Shown: piece by piece, positions 1-9,700 of the stretch
Layout: each line of letters opens with the position of its first letter
How positions within the stretch are numbered: the first letter of the stretch is position 1
Origin: an uncultured Candidatus Binatia bacterium
Lineage (GTDB): Bacteria; Desulfobacterota; Binatia; UBA9968; JAJDTQ01
Length of the DNA stretch: 64,000 bases
Assembly: GCA_965242525.1 (NCBI GenBank)
Contig: OZ251459.1
Location: 2,537,037 to 2,601,036, forward strand
Direction of reading: 5' to 3'
Made by a program: the position numbers and the translations under genes
The notes under the pieces: model-generated
The model's input: only the letters and a program-made list of their open reading frames with translations
The model's database searches: none
What the model was told of the DNA's origin: nothing

Positions 1-1
1 G

Positions 2-1144
2 GCCGGTGACGGCGAAGTCGCCTTCGACTCCCTGGTCCGGGAAGAGGAGGGCGTTCCCGCACGGGACGCTTCCGCCCACGAACCCGCGTTCGCGGTCTGC
101 ACCTCCGGCACCACCGGACGGCCCAAGGTCATCGTCCATGCGCATCGGTGGATCGTGGCCCTGGGGGACCTCAACCGCTACCGACTTCCGCCCGAGGACG
201 GCGACGTGGTCATGGCCACGGGCGAGTGGAGCTTCATCAGCGCCCTGGGCCACAACCTGCTCTTTCCGCTCCGCAACGGGGTCACATGCGCGGTTCTGTC
301 CGGGCGCGCCGCGCCCGATAACGTGCTGGCGCAAGCGGCCGCCCTGGGCGTCACCGTGCTGCATTCCGTGGCAACGGTCTATCGCCGGATGCTGGCCGCG
401 GAGGGGATCGAGGACCGGTACGACCTCCGCCGGCTGCGGTGCGCGCACTCCACCGGCGAGCCCCTGCGCGAGGCCGCCTACCGGCAATGGAAGTCCCGTT
501 TCGGTTGCGAGATGTACGAGCACTACGGGGTCTCGGAGTACCAGCTCGTGGTGGGGCAGGGACCCCGGCATCCGGTGAAGCCCGGGTCGGTAGGGGTTCC
601 GGCCCCGGACGTGGGCATTCGCCTCATGGACGACGCCGGCGGCCCGGCGCCGGATGGGGAGGCGGGGCGGGCGGTGGTCTCCGCCGACGACCCCGGGCTC
701 TTCCTCGAATACTACCGGGACCCCGTGCGCACCGAAGCGGCGCGGGGCCGCGGCTTCTACGATACCGGCGACCTGGCCTACCGGGACCCGGACGGCTATT
801 TCTTCATCGTCGGACGGAGCGACGACTGTTTCAAGAGCCGCGGCCTGTTCGTCGCGCCCACGGAAGTGGAGAACGCCCTCCAGCGCCATCCCGCGGTGGC
901 CGAGGCCGTGGTGGCGCCCGTGCCCGACCCGGAGATCGGCAACCGCGTGCTGGCCGTGGTGGTGCCGGCCCCGGGCCATGAGCCTTCCGCGGAACTGGCG
1001 GAGACCCTGCGCCGGAGCCTCGGGGAAGAACTCGCCCACTTCAAGATCCCTTACCGCATCGACTTCACCGGGTCCCTCCCCAAGAGCCCGGTGGGCAAGA
1101 TCCTGCGGAGCGAGGTGGTCCCGGGAAAGTCCCGTTCGGGTTGA
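2..1144 (+). CDS. AMP-dependent synthetase/ligase (acyl-/aryl-CoA ligase family), 5' end outside the window
   Basis: Frame 2 is open from nt 2. The translation contains the AMP-binding signature TSGTTGRPK (nt 101-127), then YGVSE, YDTGDL and a C-terminal PKSPVGKILR typical of the ANL superfamily. Track ORF 155..1144 starts at an internal GTG. Confidence 0.85.
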   Translation, partial: AGDGEVAFDSLVREEEGVPARDASAHEPAFAVCTSGTTGRPKVIVHAHRWIVALGDLNRYRLPPEDGDVVMATGEWSFISALGHNLLFPLRNGVTCAVLSGRAAPDNVLAQAAALGVTVLHSVATVYRRMLAAEGIEDRYDLRRLRCAHSTGEPLREAAYRQWKSRFGCEMYEHYGVSEYQLVVGQGPRHPVKPGSVGVPAPDVGIRLMDDAGGPAPDGEAGRAVVSADDPGLFLEYYRDPVRTEAARGRGFYDTGDLAYRDPDGYFFIVGRSDDCFKSRGLFVAPTEVENALQRHPAVAEAVVAPVPDPEIGNRVLAVVVPAPGHEPSAELAETLRRSLGEELAHFKIPYRIDFTGSLPKSPVGKILRSEVVPGKSRSG

Positions 1145-1183
1145 GGGGTGAGCCGGCGCCGGCAGATCCGTAGCGCGGCGGCG

Positions 1184-1714
1184 CTAAACTGCGATGAAAT
1201 TCCTGAGAAGCTCGGGGAATCGCTCAACGAACCTGGTTGCGTCGGAGTAGAGGTTGTATATCTCTTCCGATGTCTTCTCGAGCGTGAAGTCGCTGAAGTC
1301 GCGGTGGACCAGGCGATTTCTTTCCCGTCCGATCTCCAGAAACGCCTTGATGGAAGAATTCAAGCTATCGTCGTCACGCACCATCTGCTCCATACTCTTC
1401 TTGAATGCGTCTCCAAAGAGGGCAAAAAATGTATTGGCGTTTCCCGATCTCCAAGCGAACCATGTGTAGTATTGGCCGGTGATCGCCTTTATGTTGATTA
1501 GGTAGGCCAAGGGATGCTTATCGCCTATGATCTCTCTGGCAAAGTCGAACACCGCGTCCTGCAGGGAACGTTCGAAGTGACTCGCAACAGCGATCAGCAA
1601 CACTTTCCGAAAGTTTTCATCTGCAATTGTGCGCCACGACACCTCGCCATGGTCTTCCAGGAACTTCAGGATCTCCGAGAATTCGGTATGCAGGCCCTCG
1701 ATTTTCGAGTTCAT
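1184..1714 (-). CDS. HEPN-like protein (Rx4H motif), putative RNase partner of the upstream DUF262 protein
   Basis: 176-aa ORF. It has an RNRLVH (Rx4H) motif near the C-terminal third and an all-helical-looking sequence. Its ATG overlaps the DUF262 stop (ATGA, nt 1711-1714). Composition is AT-richer than the flanks. Confidence 0.6.
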   Translation of the reverse strand: MNSKIEGLHTEFSEILKFLEDHGEVSWRTIADENFRKVLLIAVASHFERSLQDAVFDFAREIIGDKHPLAYLINIKAITGQYYTWFAWRSGNANTFFALFGDAFKKSMEQMVRDDDSLNSSIKAFLEIGRERNRLVHRDFSDFTLEKTSEEIYNLYSDATRFVERFPELLRNFIAV

Positions 1715-2919
1715 CGGGGATGGCTCTCGGTTTCCAGTGAACCGACGATCTTTCGTGCGCTGTCCAGTCTTTTTCGTATGCTGGACGTTTGCGTAGTGCC
1801 TGCGTGGCTCGCTTCGGCGAAGCCCTGATCCTTTTCAAGCTCCCGTATCCGATTGACGTCCAGGGAGCCTTTGACAAAGCTGCGATTCTTGAATGCCTTC
1901 TCACAAGCTGCGGTGAATGCGGCTTCATAGAGAGCTATGTTGAACCGTCCGTTCCTGACGAAAGCTTCCTTTGGCAAGGTCGAGCAGGCGTTCAGGAAAG
2001 ACTTGAAGAGACCGTCGAGATACTGGTTGTTCTCATCGGAGTTGTACAGTTTGCATTTGTTGGAAAACTGGTTGAGGAACTTGACCATGGAAGGCGTGTA
2101 ATTCTCTCCTTCGATGAGCATGGCAAATCCGCGGAGGAGGATTTCTACGTCCTTCCTGTGCAGATCGGGTTCGGGTCGATCCAGGAGCCTTCGCCACTCC
2201 GGAATGCTGTTGATCCGGTACAGCAGCTCATAGAAATTCGAATGGTACATACTACTGCGGATTTCCTGTGGTCCCAGGATAATGCCGCCTGAATTGAGTC
2301 GGTTGAAGATTTCGTATATCGAGGAATCATCGTCGGAAGGCAAATTTTGCTTGACAACGATATTTCGGAGTGGCCGCAGGTCGAACTGTACCTTATGTTC
2401 TCCAAGTGTCGAGTAGTTCAGGTTTTTGAAGCGGTTATGCTGGCTTGGCAGTTTATCGGGCAGTTGAAGGTTAAATGCCTGGAAGTACTTGTCGTCGTGC
2501 AGGATCTCATCGGGAATTTTCCCTTCACGATGAAAAACCTCACGGAGCGCTACTCTTTTGTCTGCTTTGGGGAAACGCATTTTCACAAAGTAGTAGATGG
2601 ACATCAGGCGCTGTTGCCCATCTATCACGAGAAACTGGTTACGTTGCTGCTCGTACAGAAAGAGTTGAGGTATCGGCAGACCGAGGATAAGTGATTCGAT
2701 CAGTCTGGAGGCGCGCCTCAAATCCCATACGAAGTTGCGTTGGAAGCCGGGAATCCGCACTGCGCCTGATTCCACGAAGCTGTACAAGGTCATCACGTTG
2801 AAGTCGTTGGGAGATACCGTGACGTCGTACTCTTCGACTTCTATTCCATCGGCGTCTTGCGCGTAATCCTCAAACCAAGAGGATGCTCCGTTGTCGTCCA
2901 TGTGCTTCTCCTCGTTCAC
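1711..2919 (-). CDS. DUF262 (ParB/Srx-like, GmrSD N-terminal type) domain protein without DUF1524 nuclease domain
   Basis: Motifs IPGFQRNFVW and VIDGQQRL are characteristic of DUF262. A GAGGAG Shine-Dalgarno sits upstream of the ATG at 2919. One sampled 60-nt line gives about 48 % G+C. Confidence 0.85.
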   Translation of the reverse strand: MNEEKHMDDNGASSWFEDYAQDADGIEVEEYDVTVSPNDFNVMTLYSFVESGAVRIPGFQRNFVWDLRRASRLIESLILGLPIPQLFLYEQQRNQFLVIDGQQRLMSIYYFVKMRFPKADKRVALREVFHREGKIPDEILHDDKYFQAFNLQLPDKLPSQHNRFKNLNYSTLGEHKVQFDLRPLRNIVVKQNLPSDDDSSIYEIFNRLNSGGIILGPQEIRSSMYHSNFYELLYRINSIPEWRRLLDRPEPDLHRKDVEILLRGFAMLIEGENYTPSMVKFLNQFSNKCKLYNSDENNQYLDGLFKSFLNACSTLPKEAFVRNGRFNIALYEAAFTAACEKAFKNRSFVKGSLDVNRIRELEKDQGFAEASHAGTTQTSSIRKRLDSARKIVGSLETESHPR

Positions 2920-3013
2920 CCTTGCGCCGCAACAGTGCGACTCGGCCGCCTGAATATATCAAGGGAGTCCGTCCGCGTCAAGTTGGCAACTGCCCCGGGT
3001 CCCTTGCCAAAGG

Positions 3014-6000
3014 TCAGGCTGCCGATTGCAGCGCGTGCCGGATGACCTGTTCCAGGCAATCGGGCTCGTTCAGGAAATAGACGCCGTCCGCCTTCCAGTC
3101 GCGGGCGGGGCGTCCGCGGTCGTCGATGTCCGCGGCCGGTGTGACGGAGAGGACGTAGGCGCCCAGACGAAGGTTCGGGTCCACCCTGCGCACCTGCCTT
3201 TCGATCTCCGCCATGTTCCGGTGCAATTGCACCTTTTCCCGTTCCTTTCGACCGAACCGGCTCAGCCCCTTGGGGTCGAGGAACAGGACGTGTTGCCGCT
3301 CGCCTTCCTTCAGCCAGACGATGAAGTCCGGGTAGTAGCCGAAGTCGTCGAAGAACGACACGCCCCGGCCCCGGGTCAGGTTGCGGATGAGGAACAACTC
3401 CCTGCCCTGCAGGCAGGGGTCGTCCTTCCGGGCCAGCCGTTCCAGCCCCTCCACCACGCGCCTCTCCGTCACGTCCAGGGGAACGGGCTGGACCGTAACC
3501 ACGCGGTCCTTCCTGGCGTAGAGCAGGGGCTGGTAGGCATGGGCGCGGGCGGGTATGACGCCGACCTTCAGGCGTGCGTACCAGTCCTTCAACTCGGCGT
3601 ACCGGCCTTCCCGCAGGTTGGCGGCCAACTCGCTGGCGTCCCGGACCAACTGGTCCTCGGCCGAATCCACGGACAGGTCGTAAGCCCCGGCGTTGTTCGG
3701 GTCGTCCTCGTCCAGGGTGACCACCGTGACCCTGTGGTGCTCCCAGCGCCGGCGTTGCCCGCGCCAGAAGCGCTCTGCGTATTCCGTGACGAGATCGACC
3801 GCGACGTCCTCCAGGCCGCGCGCCTGCCGGAACCCGGCGGAGTGCAGCCGTTCCGGCGGCAGGTAGAGTTCGTACCAGTCGTCGCTTTGCAGCAGTCGTT
3901 CCACGGTCCGCAGCGGGACGGCTAGGTTGCGCCAGTCCCTCTGCCGCTTGCGCCGCAGCAGCCGTTCATGGACCCGGGCCGCGTCGAAGAAGGCGGCATG
4001 GGGCTTGAGGCTGGCCAGGGATCTTTCCGCTTCGCGGCCGGCCGCGCCGCCGGAAGCAACGGACTGGAGCCGGGAGTACAGGTCCAGCGTTACGTTGGGA
4101 CGTCCGTCCTCCTCCGGCCCCGGCAGCGCGGGGCGTTGGTCGGAAAGGTCGTACCGCTCGTCCTCTTCGAGCCGGATGAGCTTCAGGTCCGTCTTCCGGG
4201 AGAAGTTCCAGGTGACCGGCAGCGAGAAGGTCTCCTGTTCGGTGCGCATCCCCTCCTTTGCCAGCAGGTCCCGGAATGCCTGCATGTAGTTGGCGCGCAG
4301 TCCGAAGACGTACAGCTTCTCCAACTCCGCCAGCTCGGCGCTGTCCGCGGGCGCCGCCGCCCCGGTTTCCCGGTGCCGCTTCAGGCTCATGTTCCAGCCC
4401 TTCAGGCGCACCCCGCGCCCGAACATCTGGATGATCTCCGGTCCTTCGCCCACGCCCACGTGCATCAGCCCCATGGTGCTCACGCGCCAGGAGTTCCAGC
4501 CCGCGATGAAGCGGCGCGCCCCGATGACCACGTTCACGGGCGAGCCCGGCCGGTCCACGTTGACGAACAGCCGCTCCGCAAAGCCCATCTCCCGCTCCAC
4601 GTCGAAGTCCGGGTCGGGCTGCTCGGTGAGCAGTTTGTAGAGCGCCGCGGAGTCGCCGACGTTGACCACCCCGAAGGGGTCGTGGTCCGAGGTCCGAAGG
4701 TGCAGCTCGCCCTCGCCCGCGGTGAGATAGGCCACGTGCAACGGCCCCGGGCCGTGGAACAGCGTGTCGCACAGGTCCGCGTAGAGGTCCTCGCCGGCCG
4801 GCAGGTGGGAGAGGCGGTCGGCGAAGACGTCGCGGCCGGCGTCGTCGAGCAGGCCCGATTCCCCGGCCAGCAGGCGCGCGATCATGGAACGCACCGCGTC
4901 TTCGTGGGCCAGCACCCAGCCCAGGAAGCTCAGGATGCGGACCACGTCGGACCGGGTTGCCTTGTCCGCCTTGCTCGATCCGGTCACGGTCTTGCCCAGG
5001 AAGACCCACAGGGGCTTGGCCGGGTTGAACGCCCGCCAACTCGCGCCCTTTTCCCGCCAGAGGCGGCATTGCTGGTAGAAGGTCAGCAGGCAGCCCAGCA
5101 GGTACGTGTCGCTGTTCGCGTCCTGCACCCCGCCCGGCAGGTTCAGGATGGCGTAGTCCTTGCCGTAGCCGTCCTCGTGGAACCGGCGGTAGGAATAGTC
5201 GAACAGCAGGCACTTGCCGTAGGCGTTCAGCAGGTCCTCGTCCTTCTTCCGGCTCACGATCTGGTTGAAGGTGGCCGAGTACTCGAACGTGAAGCCGCCC
5301 CGGGAGAGTTCCTTGCGATGTTCGCGCCAGGCATTGCCGGACGCGCCGAGGTGCCCCTCGTCCACCAGCACCAGGTTGTCGTCGCCGAAGTCCTGCACCG
5401 CCACCCGCTTCACGCCCTTGCGCCTGGCCAGCTTGTTCAAGTCGATGATCTCCACCGGCGCGAACAGGTCCGAACCGGCGCCGCTGGAGAACAGCCGCGC
5501 GTGCAGGCCGCTTTCCCGCAACTCCCGCTCGTGCTGCGCCGACATCTGTTCGTTGGGGGTCACCAGCACGACGTTGTTCAAGCGCCCGCCGGCCCGTCCC
5601 AGGTAGCGCCGGTATTGCAGGATGTGGGCGTGCATGAGCAGGGTCTTGCCGGAGCCGGTGGCGCTCTGGAAGGCCAGGGTGCGCAGGTCGTCCCGCGTGT
5701 AGTCCGGGAGGCCGAAGGTTGGCGGGTAGTGGGATTTCGCCTTGTTCAGGTCTGCGCACAGGGCCTCGGGGTCGTCGAAGTAGCGGCACAGGTAGTGCTC
5801 GGTGAACAGCAGGGCCAGGTACTGGTGCGGCTTCCAGGTCCGCCCGTGCTCCCCGGTCATGCGCAGCCGCCGGCTCAGCGCCCCGATGTGGGCGTCGTAC
5901 TCGGCGAACCGGTCGGGGATCACCTGGACACGCTTGGGGTTCAGGTACAGCGCCCGCGCGTACTCGCTCTCGCCGTCCCCGTCGAGCCCGGCCGGCGCGT

Positions 6001-6121
6001 CCCCCAGCCGTTCGAGCATCGCGCCCAGGTCCTCGTAGCCGAACTCCCGGCAGATGAAGCGGTGGAGGGCGAGGCGGTTTTCGAGGGGTATGCTTCCTAT
6101 CTGACGGCGACGTGACAGCAT
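3014..6121 (-). CDS. res: Type III restriction enzyme Res subunit (SF2 helicase + C-terminal PD-(D/E)xK nuclease)
   Basis: Helicase motifs ATGSGKT (I), VDEGH (II), YSATF (III) and QMFGRGVRLKG (VI). C-terminal YPDF...FLDPKG nuclease-like motif. The track ORF extends to 6160. I prefer ATG 6121 (MLSRRRQ...), which overlaps the upstream stop as TGATG. Confidence 0.85.
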   Translation of the reverse strand: MLSRRRQIGSIPLENRLALHRFICREFGYEDLGAMLERLGDAPAGLDGDGESEYARALYLNPKRVQVIPDRFAEYDAHIGALSRRLRMTGEHGRTWKPHQYLALLFTEHYLCRYFDDPEALCADLNKAKSHYPPTFGLPDYTRDDLRTLAFQSATGSGKTLLMHAHILQYRRYLGRAGGRLNNVVLVTPNEQMSAQHERELRESGLHARLFSSGAGSDLFAPVEIIDLNKLARRKGVKRVAVQDFGDDNLVLVDEGHLGASGNAWREHRKELSRGGFTFEYSATFNQIVSRKKDEDLLNAYGKCLLFDYSYRRFHEDGYGKDYAILNLPGGVQDANSDTYLLGCLLTFYQQCRLWREKGASWRAFNPAKPLWVFLGKTVTGSSKADKATRSDVVRILSFLGWVLAHEDAVRSMIARLLAGESGLLDDAGRDVFADRLSHLPAGEDLYADLCDTLFHGPGPLHVAYLTAGEGELHLRTSDHDPFGVVNVGDSAALYKLLTEQPDPDFDVEREMGFAERLFVNVDRPGSPVNVVIGARRFIAGWNSWRVSTMGLMHVGVGEGPEIIQMFGRGVRLKGWNMSLKRHRETGAAAPADSAELAELEKLYVFGLRANYMQAFRDLLAKEGMRTEQETFSLPVTWNFSRKTDLKLIRLEEDERYDLSDQRPALPGPEEDGRPNVTLDLYSRLQSVASGGAAGREAERSLASLKPHAAFFDAARVHERLLRRKRQRDWRNLAVPLRTVERLLQSDDWYELYLPPERLHSAGFRQARGLEDVAVDLVTEYAERFWRGQRRRWEHHRVTVVTLDEDDPNNAGAYDLSVDSAEDQLVRDASELAANLREGRYAELKDWYARLKVGVIPARAHAYQPLLYARKDRVVTVQPVPLDVTERRVVEGLERLARKDDPCLQGRELFLIRNLTRGRGVSFFDDFGYYPDFIVWLKEGERQHVLFLDPKGLSRFGRKEREKVQLHRNMAEIERQVRRVDPNLRLGAYVLSVTPAADIDDRGRPARDWKADGVYFLNEPDCLEQVIRHALQSAA

Positions 6122-6792
6122 CAGCAAAACAACTTGACTGCAAGCAAAACGATTGCACAAACACCCAAGAGCGCTGGGAAGATCAGTGGAGCGAAGATAT
6201 ACTCCAATGACCCAACAATGCGATAATAATACATGAACAACTGTATATCATACCTTTTTCTATTGGCAGAAATAGATTCATCACTTGGCTGTTTTGGCTC
6301 AGCTATGTCCTTCGATGATTCATCACTTGGCTGTTTTGGCTTAGCTGTGTCCTTCAAGATGTCCTCGCTAATAGACTTACTAAGGGGTTCACTGAAATGA
6401 AGCTCAAAATAGGAAGGTTGAGTGAATTCGCCTTTGCGCGAAGTCCAAAAATGCTTAAGGAGGCGGGTTCCATTCAATTGTCTGTGTAGTTTCCATGTGG
6501 AAAAAATGAATTTAACCATGAAGTAAGTCAATATGATGATTAAAAAAATCAAAAGTTTGCTTTCTGTAATTCCGGTAATTAGAATCCCCCGAACTATCGC
6601 ACCTACTTCCTCTTCATTGCCAGTGTGTGCTACATTCAGACCCAAGTCTCCAAGAACGTAAAAAATGGAGATAAACGACCATAAAATGGTCAATTTACGA
6701 TCGCGACGATTTAGGTCGTCGTCTACATGGACTTTGTATATCTCGATGAGTTCATCCAAGTCTTCAGCTTCCCGCTTCTGATCTTCTGTCAT
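6121..6792 (-). CDS. AT-rich small membrane protein of unknown function, inserted between mod and res
   Basis: 223-aa ORF with about three long hydrophobic segments (LTILWSFISIFYVLGDLGL, LLIFLIIILTYFMVKFIF, IFAPLIFPALLGVCAIVLLAV). Its start overlaps the mod stop (ATGA, 6789-6792) and its stop overlaps the res ATG (TGATG at 6119-6123). Two sampled lines give 35-38 % G+C against 68 % in the adjacent res line. Confidence 0.75.
   Translation of the reverse strand: MTEDQKREAEDLDELIEIYKVHVDDDLNRRDRKLTILWSFISIFYVLGDLGLNVAHTGNEEEVGAIVRGILITGITESKLLIFLIIILTYFMVKFIFSTWKLHRQLNGTRLLKHFWTSRKGEFTQPSYFELHFSEPLSKSISEDILKDTAKPKQPSDESSKDIAEPKQPSDESISANRKRYDIQLFMYYYRIVGSLEYIFAPLIFPALLGVCAIVLLAVKLFC
6275..6358. 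repeat. 2 x 42-bp tandem repeat inside the AT-rich membrane-protein gene
   Basis: gattcatcacttggctgttttggct(c/t)agct(a/g)tgtccttc occurs at 6275 and 6317. It encodes KDTAKPKQPSDESS / KDIAEPKQPSDESI. Confidence 0.8.
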
Positions 6793-9700
6793 GACTCTAT
6801 CTCCTCAAACATCAGTTCCCGGAAAACGGGATCGAGGGTTTCGGCAACCCAGGTTTCGCCGGGATGCTGCATGGCGTTCAGCGTGTGGTCGCCGTTGACG
6901 TAGATTAGGTCCAGGGATGAGACGAATCGGTCGCGGTTGCGGTCGAACCAGGCGTCCAGCGCGGCATAGTCCGTCTCGTGGATGTTGCGCCAGAGGATCA
7001 GGCAACGGCGCCCCTCGGCCTCCATGCCTGTGATGGTGAGTATGTCATCGATCCGGCGGCGGGACTCCACACGCAGGCCGATCAGGTAGTTGAAGGTTTC
7101 GGGCAGATCGACCGGGACTTCGCAGCGCACACCGTCGCGCACGACGGAGACGGTGTAGGCGAAGGGGTCCCGGAGCTCGTTGCCCAGCAAGGCGGGGCTG
7201 CCGGAGGTTTCGACGCCGAGGGCGTAGCGCAGCCGGTAGTCCTCTGCCATCTCCGGATTCTTGGCCAGGAGATCTTTCTGGCCGTCCGACAGTGGCGCTA
7301 CTACGAGGCTGTCCATCGTATCTTCGTAGGATTCGAGGCGAACGTACTCGAACAACTGGCTGACGCCGTTGCGCGAGACCGGCTTCCCGTTCTTCCAGTC
7401 CGGCGAATAGACGACCTTCTTCATGCGCGGCAGGATGATCGTGTCGAAGTGGCGACCGATTTCCACGAGCGTGTACCGCTGCTGCCCGCCGTCCTCCCGG
7501 TTGAGGTTGACCACCGCATGGCCGGTGGCGCCGGAGCCGGCGAAGAAGTCGAGAACCCGCGCACCGGCTTCGTCGCCGCCCGAAGCGCGGATACAGTCCT
7601 CCACCAGAGCGACGGATTTCGGAAAATCGAAGGGGTTGTCTCCGAACAGTTCCTTGAGCACCCTGGCTCCGTGGTTGGAGGATGCATACTTGGCGTCCCC
7701 CCACCATGTCTTGGGCGTGGACTCCACGTCCATACGCTGCATGAAGTGGATGCTGATGCCCTCCGTCCCCGGACCGTTGCCGTTTCTTTGCACACGGTAT
7801 TCGCCGGCTTCTTGAGAGACCCGCTCCCAACCGCGCTCCCAGTTCTTCTCGATCTTCGTCCCGTCCTGCTCCTTTACCGGCCAGACGACGGTTTCGTCCT
7901 TGCGCGGCTGCTCCAGGATTCGGTATTCCGAGCTTTGCTCGTCCCATTCCATTTTCGGAATACGCAACGTGTCGTCGTCACTGACGTAGATCGGGTAGTA
8001 CAACTTCGGCCGGTCGGCCCGCCGGTCGTTCGTTCCCGTCCGAAGCAGGTTGCGCCAGGCGTACCGTCCGCTCTCGTCGGAGAGGGGGTATCTCTGCTTC
8101 TCTTTCTCCGTCTTGAGAAGCGGCCCGGGGACGGCTTTCTCGCTACCGTAGAACAAGGCGTATTCGTGGGTCGGCGACAGCTTTCCCACCGACGTCCGGC
8201 CGATCGGCGTCGAGCGAACCGGAGCGACGCCGATTTCCTTGTCGAACACGTCCTGCAACAATGCGCGTAACCGCCAGACCTCTTCGTCGTCGATGGCGCA
8301 ACAGAGAATGCCGTCCTGAACCAGGAGCGCCTTGGCGAGCGGCAAACGGTTCTCCATCAGCGACAACCACGACGAATCCTTGAGGTCGTTCTTGTACAGT
8401 ATCGACGACGATGCGGTGTTGTACGGCGGATCGATGTACACGCACTGCACCTGCCCCCCATACCGCGCCTGCAGCAGGTTCAGCGCCTGGAAGTTCTCTC
8501 CGTGCACCAGCAGGCCATCCGTCTGCTCGTCCAGCGGTCCGGCGTCGGAGAGGGCGGCCAGCAGCCGGTCTGTGAAGTCCCGGTCGAAGTGCCGTGTGTC
8601 CAGCACCAGGAAGGGGTTGGCCTTGAGGAAATCGACGCTCGGGGGGACGCTCCAGGCCGCGTTGCCGTTGGTCAAATCCCCCGCTATCTCGTCCACCGCG
8701 AACAACTCGACCCACTCCTCGCATTGCGCGGCGTTGGCGGCGACCTCCGGGTGCAGCGCTTCCGGCACCCGGTCCAAGGTGACGCACCAGTTGGTTTCCA
8801 ACACCAACTTCTTCTTGAGCCAGAGCCGCTTCTGGAAGTCCTCCAGTTGCGCTAGGAAGTCGATGATCTTCCCGCCCACGTGGCGCATGGCCCGCACCCG
8901 GGCCAAGGCGCGGTCCAGCCGGGGGGCGTCGCCCTGTTCCAGGTCGTCCAGGTTCAGGACCTCGGTGTTCAGATAGAGGTCCAGTTCCTGGCGCAGGAAG
9001 CCGCTCAGGTCCTTGTGGATGAAGTAGTCGAAGCTGTTCTTCGCTGTGTAACGATCGAGGTGTTTCGCGAGCAGGGTGCGCTCGCCGTTGGCGTTGGTCG
9101 GGGCCGGCGCGGTCAGCGCGGCCTGCCAGTCCGGGTCCACCGCGTTCAGGATCCGTTCGACCGTCGCCTCGTTGATGCAACCCTGTTGCGAGACGCCGTT
9201 GCCCGGCCACCGCTTCTTCTCGCCCTCCGTCAGCGGCCGGTGCTCGAAGCGGACGGCCAGTTCCCCGTCCTCGACCGCGGCGGCGCCCTTGCCGCGCGCA
9301 AGCACGAAGCGGCGCTGCCGGCCGTTGGCTTCCTTGACGTTGTCCTTCTCGTTGTCCGCTGCGGCGATCTCGAAGCGCACGCGCCTCGCCGCATCGCCCG
9401 CGCCCACCGTGAAGGCGTAGCTCGCGTAGTTCTCGGTGGTCTTGACGTAGTACTGGTCCGCGTTGGCCCAGTGGAGCTTCACTTCCTCGCCGTCGTAGGG
9501 AACGAGGTAGGCGGACCGGCCGCCGCTCGAATAGCGGCGTTGCGAGACGAAGTCGCCCTCGGTGTAGTAGCGGGCGAAGAAGTTGGCCAGATGGTTGTAA
9601 ACGTCGGCCTCGGCGTCCGCGTCCTTCTTCATCTCGGCGAGCCGCCGGTTCAGCTTGGCGATCTTGGGTGGGGGTTCGGCATTGGGGCTGAGCCCCAGCT

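Noticed and set aside
3966-6164. Very long alternative-frame and antisense ORFs overlapping real genes. Examples: 3966..6164(-), 3968..6115(+), 11183..13369(-), 14384..16330(-), 19983..22691(-), 42731..45796(+), 47322..50081(-), 50970..53108(-), 54341..56755(-), 57057..58829(-), 62000..63508(-).
   Set aside because: Their translations are Arg/Pro/Gly/Ala-rich low-complexity strings with no motifs. Each is shadowed by a frame with clear family signatures. High G+C depletes stop codons in non-coding frames.
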